Positions 38,961 to 64,000 of a DNA stretch of 64,000 nucleotides are shown here, one piece after another. This DNA comes from Macrostomum lignano (lineage: Eukaryota): contig NIVC01000428.1 in NCBI GenBank assembly GCA_002269645.1, positions 1 to 64,000 on the forward strand. Reading direction: 5' to 3'. How positions within the stretch are numbered: position 1 is the first letter of the stretch; every line of letters begins with the position of its first letter. The notes beneath the pieces are model-generated. The model made no database searches, had not been told where the DNA came from, and saw nothing but the letters and a program-made list of their open reading frames with translations. The position numbers were made by a program, and so were the translations under genes.

Positions 38961-41839
38961 CTTAGCGATAACACAGAGCCTATGCAACAGGAGCCTGACT
39001 ACGCTATAGTCTAATAAGTTTTGATATTGAGTCAGACAGAGAGGCGGACCCCAGAGCTGAGCAGTGAGCTGCACACTGCTCCAGGTAAATCAATATCGTA
39101 GTTCAGCATCCTTAGCTCAGAGCTTCCCTCGAATTGCTCCGTAAAGTCCCATGGTTTAAAGGTAGTCAGGCGCCTCCCAGGCTAACGAGTTCCACCTACT
39201 TCCCACTTTTACCTGCTGTCACAGTCTTCCGGATCTGCGCCTTCGTTAGGCCGAAGGAGGCGGCTGGCTTGAGTTGCAGGGATTGAGAAGTGCTGGCTGT
39301 TGAAGTTCGAGCAGGGCATTCGCGAGAAGGAAAGCAAGGGAGACACAGATGGAGAGAGAATCTTAACAAGGCATTGAACTGAACAGGTGCTAGGGAACCA
39401 ACTCGCTTCATTAAGCTTAGCCCAAAACCAGGTAGCCATAGGGACACTTTCGTTCACCTCACCGATGGTCCCGTCAGAGGTTGAGCAGTAGCTGATCCAG
39501 CCTGGGTCCAATTAGTAGTGTTGACCCGTGCATTGACCCGAGCACAGACACCGTGACTGTGACTAAGTATACTATTGTGATTATTCATTTTCCCTACCGG
39601 ATTTTGCACTCGAATGGGATAAAAACTGCTTTAATCCCAGTGCCACAGTGAGCACGACGGCTCAGGGACTTCGATTTGAGCTGCTGGGCCAGTCCAGACT
39701 CCCATTAATTTCTTGTCCCGCATCGATTTCCGATACTCCTCAGATAGTGAGTAGGAGGCTGCGTATGATAGTAATTATAATAATACTTACTGTACTGCAT
39801 TGGCCCGGAGACTGGGAATGAGCTGCCCCAGATTAGGGGGAGGTTGAGTCCCCATGCCCGCCCTGCCTGGGAGAACCGCCTTCGATCTCCTCATCTCTTC
39901 ATCGCCGCAGTTTTTGCTGCAGCAACTTCTCTCCCGCTTAGACTGGCTCTCTGCCGCGACCCGAGCCCCCCCCCCCCCCCCCCCTGTCCTCGCCAGTGCC
40001 CACTCTCACAGAGAGCAACAAGTTTGCAGAGAAGTTAGCAAACTCCACAGTGCTTGTAACATATAATTAATATGTTTGCATTACTGCGGTGGCCGGGGGG
40101 TGGGGCGGTAGCCATGGAACAGGTTGATGGACAGGTAGACAGGCAGGGAAAGTGGAAGTCCAGCTCATGGATAAAATAGAAGCAAATTTTGTTGGAAAAT
40201 AGAAAATTTGCTTGATAGGGCCGGCGGAGAGGCGGGGAGAAGGGAGGGACAAGCAGTGAAGGACACTGCGGCAGACACTCGCAATGGAAAGCAAGCACTC
40301 AGGCCACCACTCCACTGGGTAGCTTAAAGCGTTCCATGCAGGCTTATGGGGCTCCTGCTCGCTGCCTCATCTGCCTGGTGCATCCTCATCGAGAGCCGGC
40401 GGGGAGAGGCAGGGCAGGGCAGGGAGGGCTGACACGACACGATGGCGGCGGCGGCGGCGACGGCTGAGCCGCTTGATTGACAGGCGGTAGCCGGGGCTCA
40501 GGCTGGGGCCAGGCAAGGAATTAGGAGGCCGATGGGGTTGTCAACGCGCGAGAGCAAAGCTGTTCGCGCCCCCCCCCTTGTCCAGGCGGCTCGGAGTGAC
40601 ATCACTCTGAGCACGCAAAACAGCTCGGACTCAGACACAGGGGGGGGGGCGACCTGGGGATTTGGGGACTGGCGGGGAAATGGGAGACGCGGGGATTCAC
40701 TTGAGAGCCTCCTAGATGGGCTCCTATTCTCCCCCCCCCCCAACCCGTCCTTGCTCAGCCGCTCCCAGTCCCGCCGGCGGCTGCGGCGGTGGCGGCTACA
40801 AAACAGTTTCAAAAGCGGTAGACCAGACAGGCAGACAGAAACTATTAGAGCACAATATATATGAGTTGCTGCTCAGCTCCCCAACTGTCTGTCCCTTTCT
40901 TCTATTTTTGAGTCGGCGGTTCTCCAGGCTCCCATTCCCAAGAAAAAAAACTAAACGATAGACGATGGCGGCGGCTGTGGCGGCGGCTGTGGCGGCGGCT
41001 GTGGCGGCGGCCGAGACAAATCCCCCCTCCAAGATGCTCCATCCTTTTGAGGCCTTGACCCCGCTAATAATCCCGGCTTGCCGCCGCTAACGGGGGACTA
41101 TCGAACTAAAGAAGGATTTACAAGCGCAACAGTTCACTCGCCAGCGATCAGCTCCACAGATATCTATCTGGCCTCTAATGAGGTGCAGAGCGGGAGGGTC
41201 CAATGAGAGGCTGGCTAAGCTAAGGCTGGACTTTGCAGTGAAGAACGCTCTGGCAGACCAATAGGCCAGCGCGATGCAAAGTGACATGTGTTGCGGTGTG
41301 CGGTGACTGGCTGGGCTTGGGTTGCGGCTGGCTTGTTAAAGGCTTTCTTCCTCTGGCTCGACCTGAGGTCGCTAATAAACCTCCCCAATGCAGTTTCATT
41401 TGCACCTACATGAGAGGAAGAGTTAAGGAAAGTAAAAAACACAGCCAGTGAAATTCCTCGGCAGAATTTTCTTCTGTAAGCCGCTGCCAGTTGAAGAGGC
41501 CTCCGGCAGGCCAGTGTTGGTGAGTGGCAACACATTTTTCTATTCACTTCACTGAATGAAAAAGCAGAATCTGCTGCTTGAATCCGCGCTGCCACCAGCT
41601 GGGCAGGTGTGTGCAGGCGCGCCCTTCTTTCTGATTACGCAATTGCTCTGCCGCTCTGCAGATTAGAGATCGGAATTTTGCTTTTTTCTCGAGTCAGCGG
41701 AAATTTGATTGTCCAAAATTTGTGTCTCAACTCTCCTGGTGCTCCATTTTTTATACTGACTGTCTTCGTTTTAGCAAATTTTGTGAAATGATTACTGACT
41801 GATGGGGCTGAAGATGCAGAGAGGGCTTGAAGGGACCTC

Positions 41840-42547
41840 TAGTAGACTGGAATGGGGATCAGGGAATCTCAGATGGAACTCAGGGAGACTCAGGTGGGGA
41901 TCATGGAATCTCAGAGGGAACTCAGGGAGACTCAGGTGGGGATCAGGGAATCTCAGAGGGAACTCAGGGAGACTCAGATGGGGATTTAGGAAAACTTGGA
42001 GAGGAAAATCGGGAAAACTCAGGAAATACGATAAAACTCAGGACACTCGGGAAAACTCAGGGGGACTCAAGACAAGAAACTCAGAAGACTCAGGAAACTC
42101 GGAAAACTCAGGTAAACTCGGGGGACTCAGGACAGGAAACTCAGGGGGACTCAGGACACTCGGGAAAACTCAGGGGGACTCAGGAACCTCGGGAAAACTC
42201 AGGGGGACTCAGGACACTCGTGAAAACTCAGGGGGACTCAGGACACTCGTGAAAACTCAGGGACTCAGGAACCTCGTGAAAACTCAGGGGGACTCAGGAC
42301 ACTCGTGAAAACTCAGGGACTCAGGAACCTCGTGAAAACTCAGGGGGACTCAGGAACCTCGTGAAAACTCAGGGGGACTCAGGACACTCGTGAAAACTCA
42401 GTGGGACTCAGGAACCTCGTGAAAACTCAGGGGGACTCAGGAACCTCGTGAAAACTCAGTGGGACTCAGGAACCTCGTGAAAACTCAGGGGGACTCAGGA
42501 ACCTCGTGAAAACTCCGTGGGACTCAGGAACCTCGTGAAAACTCAGG
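41840..42547. repeat. Minisatellite of aaaactcagggggactcaggaacctcgtg-type units
   Basis: Seen directly; more degenerate at the 5' end. Confidence 0.88.
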
Positions 42548-44895
42548 GTTATCCATCTTATTTGTTAACCTTTTTGTTAGAAAGCTTTAACAGTGCTGTT
42601 CTACTACAAGGAGAAACGAAACGCAGCCTCTTAAACACCTGCTAATTGCCGTACCTAGGCCAGCCTCCTAGCGCTTCCCTCAAAGCAGCGGTCTCAATTC
42701 TTGCCACAAGAAGGTGCGCGGGTGAATTTGAGATAAGGGAGATGGGAAGAGAAACCAAAAAGCTTTCACGGGCTGCTCACGCAACGGCATCCGGGGGGGG
42801 GGTTCTCAGCTCTACCGGGCCCTCCTCGCGTGCCTACCCGGGCACCTTCAACTTCAGCACCTTCCTCAGAGAGTAGAGAGAAAAAACTGAAAGCAGAAGT
42901 TTAGCAAATTGAGTCCTCCTTGGCCACTTTCTGCTTTTTTTAAAACTCGGGTCCGGCAAACTCAAGGCTTGGGAAGGCAAAGAAGTCGCTGAGACCCATC
43001 CAACTCGTCCTCAGTTGAACCGTGAAAAAGGCAACTCAACTCAGCTCAAGCGTGTCGCATGATGATGGGGAGAGAGAAAGAGGCAGCGAGTTGCTGGCGG
43101 ATCGAAGTCCATTCAAAGTTGGTGTTTTGTTACCAAAATTATCGGGTCGGCAGTCAGTGATAATTGCTTCCAATCATAGATAATGAATACAACAATGGAT
43201 GGTCTATGGGGCAGTCCGTATTTATCCCCTACCTGCGGCGGAGGGGCAGGCAATCTCCCCCAGCTCTTTTGGTGGGGATCATGGAAGGACCAGCGGGACA
43301 CAGGGGGGGGGGGCAGCGGCTGAGGCTGCAAAAACAGGCCAATCGGCACATCGTTCTGTTTAATCAGATATGATTTCATTTTGGCCTGGCAATTGCTGTG
43401 CGAGCCCCACTTGTGTATATCTGCATAAAAGTATAAGTAAATATTCGCATTAGATTATTATTATTATTATTATACCGCAGGGCAGAGCCCCAAGAAATGT
43501 TTTCCAGGAAATTTGAGATCAGAAGGCGGAAGAAAAGGGGCAGACAGATGGGAGAGGTTAGTGGCGAAGGGATCAGCTTCCACCAATGACCTTGGCCCCC
43601 TGCCCCCCTCCCCCTATTATCTTAGCGGCCGATGGTCTTCTCGGTCTTCTCGGTCCTGTGTTTATTCCCAGAACTTCTGGCTTCGGGTGTCCGGAAAATT
43701 CCAACCACTTTTGTTATTTTATTTGTGCTTAGTTCCCAAGGGTAAGTGTACCGGCCTAGACCTGATTGGGATTCAGCAGGTATATAGCAAGCCTTCGAAT
43801 CCCTCCAACTACGGTCAGGATGAATAACAGTTGGAAACTGGCGGGCGGGCAGTGACCAGAGCAGAGTTTTAACGGGCGGAGGTGGAGCAGGGAGGCAGCC
43901 AATGACTAATTCAGGACTGTCGCTTTTGGCATGTGTCAGTCAGGCTCGTGCGGATACTGCCAGCTTCCACTTTCCATTGCCAAATCCTTCCCAGGGCTCA
44001 CCCCAGCCCCTCCAACTTTCTCCCTCGCCCCATTCCCCCTCACACACACACAACACTACGCAGCGCAGAAGTTGCGTAGCAATTTGAAAAAGCCACAGTT
44101 GCTGCTGCTGCAGCTGAGAGAAAAGTGAAACTTAATGGAACCAGACTGTGGCGCCTCTGAGCAGCAGGACCGGCTGCGGGACTTCCCGCTGGCATAAAAC
44201 AGAGCTGCAGCCTCCTCACCCCACCCCAAAACCTGCCACCTCCCTCTCGTCTCCCGGCATTTCACTTCCCTTTTACCTCAAGAGAGCTGCGGGCTGGGCT
44301 GCTACACCCCCCCCCCGATTAAAAACCTTGCTAGCCGAAAATTGGTAATTGGAGGGTTTTTAGGGGAGACAGGCTCAGGGGGAAGGCCGAGACGCCGGTG
44401 AGAGGCAGCTGTCAGTCAAAGAGCCCCAATTCTTCATTGTCAATTGCCAGCGCCTGTCTAGCCGTGTCCCACTAGCCGTGACAGCCGCGGCTGGCCAGAC
44501 AAAATGGCGAGAGCGGGACAGATAGAAACGAGGAGAAAGCGAGACCACTGGGCCTGGAACTCAAGACGCAACGGAGGTGCTCAACCGTAGGGAGGGTTCG
44601 TCTTCCCCCAGAGACTCTATAGAGACAAAAGAGGCAATGAAGTGAGGTGGGGACTCACAGTGCGACAATATAAGGGCGCCTGTCAATCAACTGGGGGGCC
44701 GAGCAGAATCGAAGGTGACCTTGCTGAGCAAGTCCTTCCTCAAGACCACAGGTTCTGAGCGGATGCCACCAAACCGGCAGGCAGTATTATTTGACAATAA
44801 TTCCCCTCCGAGCCAAGCAAACACAGCTAAAGCAGCTGCGTGTCCTCGTGCTGGAAATGCTTCAACTTGTACTTTTGTCTTCTTCCGCAGGCCTC

Positions 44896-54871
<9,976 letters not shown>

Positions 54872-55454
54872 CCTACTGACCTAGCGAGAGAGAGAGAGAG
54901 ATAAAACCGTCTTCATTATCGAGTTGTGAACTTCGAACTTTAAACGCGTGAACATTTTTAAAGTCTGCTTGCACCGAGGCGGCAGAGAGCGGCGCACAGA
55001 GGCCGGGCAATTTCAAAGGACCGGAAGAGGCGCAGAAATCCATTGAATCTTCTTTTAGTTTCTTTTTTTCGGTTAGCCTCCAATCTCAGAAGCAGCAATC
55101 GAAATTGAAAATTTTCATTTTCCGAATCGGTTATTCTCCCGAATCGTCAGTCACAGCCCCTCCACACGTGTACAACAGTTTTCTAGCAAATTGTGATTAC
55201 AATTTTTTAAACATATTTGCACCTTGATTACAATAATTCGATTCTCTCGTCACAGATGCGGTTGGCACAAATCAGTCTACTTAGGAAGTTGACTAAATTT
55301 TGAATTTGTTATACCTAATAAACGATTACTTTTGTGTTTATCTGGTCAATGCTTTTGGCACACAAATATGTGAAATTTCATTCTGTACATACGAAATTTT
55401 GACTCGCTTTTATTTAGTCTTGAGATCATTCCGAGATCGAAGTGGAAAGTCCAG

Positions 55455-56580
55455 ACTGGAATATTCGGGACTTGGAATTCTGGGACTCGGAATTCGGGAC
55501 TCGGAATTCGGGACTCGGAATTCGGGACTCGGAATTCGGGACTCGAAATTCGGGACTCGGAATTCGGGACTCGGAATTCGGAACACGGAATTCGGGACTC
55601 GGAATTCGGGACTCGGAATCGGGATTCGGAATCGGGATTCGGAATCGGGACTCGGAATCAAGATTCGGAATCAGGACTCGAAATTCGGGACTCGGAATTC
55701 GGAACACGGAATTCGGGACTCGGAATTCGGGACTCAGAATTCGGGACTCGGAATTCGGGACTCGGAATCGGGATTCGGAATCGGGATTCGGAACCGGGAC
55801 TCGGAATAAAGATTCGGAATCGGGACTCGGAATTCGGGACTCGGAATTTGGAACACGGAATTCGGGACTCGGAATTCGCAACTCGGAATTCGGGACTCGG
55901 AATTCGGGACTCGGAATTCGGGACTCGGAATTCGGGACTCGAAATTCGGGACTCGGAATTCGGGACTCGGAATTCGGGACTCGGAATCAGGACTCGGAAT
56001 TCGGGACTCAGAATCGGGATTCGGAATCGGGACTCGGAATTCGCAACTCGGAATTCGAGACTCGGAATCGGGACTCGGAATTCGGGACTCGGAATCGGGA
56101 TTCGGAATCAGGACTCGGAATTCGCAACTCGGAATTCGGGACTCGGAATCGGGATTCGGAATCGGGACTCGGAATTCGGGACTCGGAATCGGGATTCGGA
56201 ATCAGGACTCGGAATTCGCAACTCGGAATTCGGGACTCGGAATTCGGGACTCGGAATCGGGATTCGGAATCGGGACTCGGAATTGGGGACTCGGAATTGG
56301 GGACTCGGAATTCGGAACACGGAATTTGTAACTCGGAATTCGGGAATCGGAATTGGGGACTCGGAATTCGGGAATCGGAATTGGGGACTCGGAATTCGGG
56401 ACTCGGAATTGGGGACTCGGAATTCGGGACTCGGAATTCGGGACTCGGAATCAGGACTCGGAATTCGGGACTCGGAATTCGGGACTCGGAATGGGGATTC
56501 GGAATCGGGACTCGGAATTCGCAACTCGGAATTCGGGACTCGGAATTCGGGACTCGGAATTCGGGATTTGGAATTTGACA
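55455..56580. repeat. 14-nt (ggaattc gggactc)n array between ROR and the LLTP gene
   Basis: Seen directly, with heptamer variants. Confidence 0.95.
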
Positions 56581-57398
56581 TTGGAAATTCTTAACTGGGA
56601 ATTTGGAAAAGGATACTCGGGACTCGGATATTAAGTCCGAGCTGTCATAATCAGTTTTAACAGGTGGTAAGGCAGACGCCCTGAGCTGCCATGGCCGCGA
56701 GTCTGCATTTTTCAATTCTCGCCTCCTCATTCGGCAATCCCGGATATGAAATCTAGCGAATCCAGAACAAAAAACGAAGGTATTTTCAGACAGCCTGGGT
56801 TCCGCAGGGTGAGGAAATTCATTGACAAGAAATTATCTGGGAATGAGGCGTTTGTTTCCAGGTATTCCATAGAATGCATAAAAATACATTATTATAATTT
56901 TAGCGGGATCAAAGTCGAATGATTGCAACGAAATGTGGAAATGTCAGCAAAAATGAGTTCATAAGCTACCTGGTAAGCTGCTGAATTCTACCACTGGAAT
57001 ACAGAGTCAAATGTTTTACACCCATTGGTTCCAATTTTTAGGGGGGTTTCAGCAGTGTGCGCACTGCACCGCTCGCTTGCTGATAAACCGGTGCAAATTT
57101 CTGCCTGTGATGCAAAAGGCGCACCTGCGGCGAGTGAGGCGAGTCAGTGTGTCAAAAGCTGACGAACAAAATCTGCGCACCCCTGCTGATTTACTGTTAT
57201 CTCTCTGCACCCTGAACCCTCAACTGTGCTGGCTTTCTTCTTCAACACTCGCTCAAAGCCAGAGCAGATTAACTTGAAGTGACAGCCCCCGAGTCAACAA
57301 CAGGTCGCTATTTTTGCAGCAATTTTTCTCTGTTGCAATTACAGCGAATCTGTGCTAAAAACACAGCTTACAAACGGTCACAGCACGCCAGGAAACAC

Positions 57399-64000
<6,602 letters not shown>

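Noticed and set aside
38265-39511. Short ORFs at 38265-38531 and 39196-39511 as exons
   Set aside because: Codon usage unlike the confirmed exons and no recognisable domain.

Overview
Eukaryotic (metazoan) genomic DNA with GC-rich exons and GT-AG introns; about a third of the window (my rough sum is ~23 kb) is micro/minisatellite. The style suggests a free-living flatworm such as Macrostomum, but this is inference only. Genes I could assemble by hand: (1) the 3' part of an axonemal outer-arm dynein heavy chain (DNAH5/DNAH8 type, +, <1-11757), containing a tandem pair of equal-length homologous exons that look mutually exclusive and have a candidate docking-site/selector RNA pairing switch; (2) a possible orphan Pro/Gln-rich two-exon gene (-, 19579-20743); (3) a small secreted cysteine-rich, knottin-like peptide gene (+, 24118-24435); (4) a complete 7-exon ROR receptor tyrosine kinase (+, 44896-54871, 994 aa) with pseudokinase-type motifs; (5) the 5' part of a large lipid transfer protein (apolipophorin/apoB/vitellogenin family, +, 57399->64000). 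Mobile elements: a very young 3.1-kb Ty3/Gypsy (Mag-like) LTR element lacking protease and RT, with Gag joined to integrase, inserted in a (CTGT)n array; two tRNA-derived SINEs; one decayed non-LTR RT remnant. Most long ORFs in the supplied track are repeat artefacts. All coordinates were counted by eye and no database search was run.
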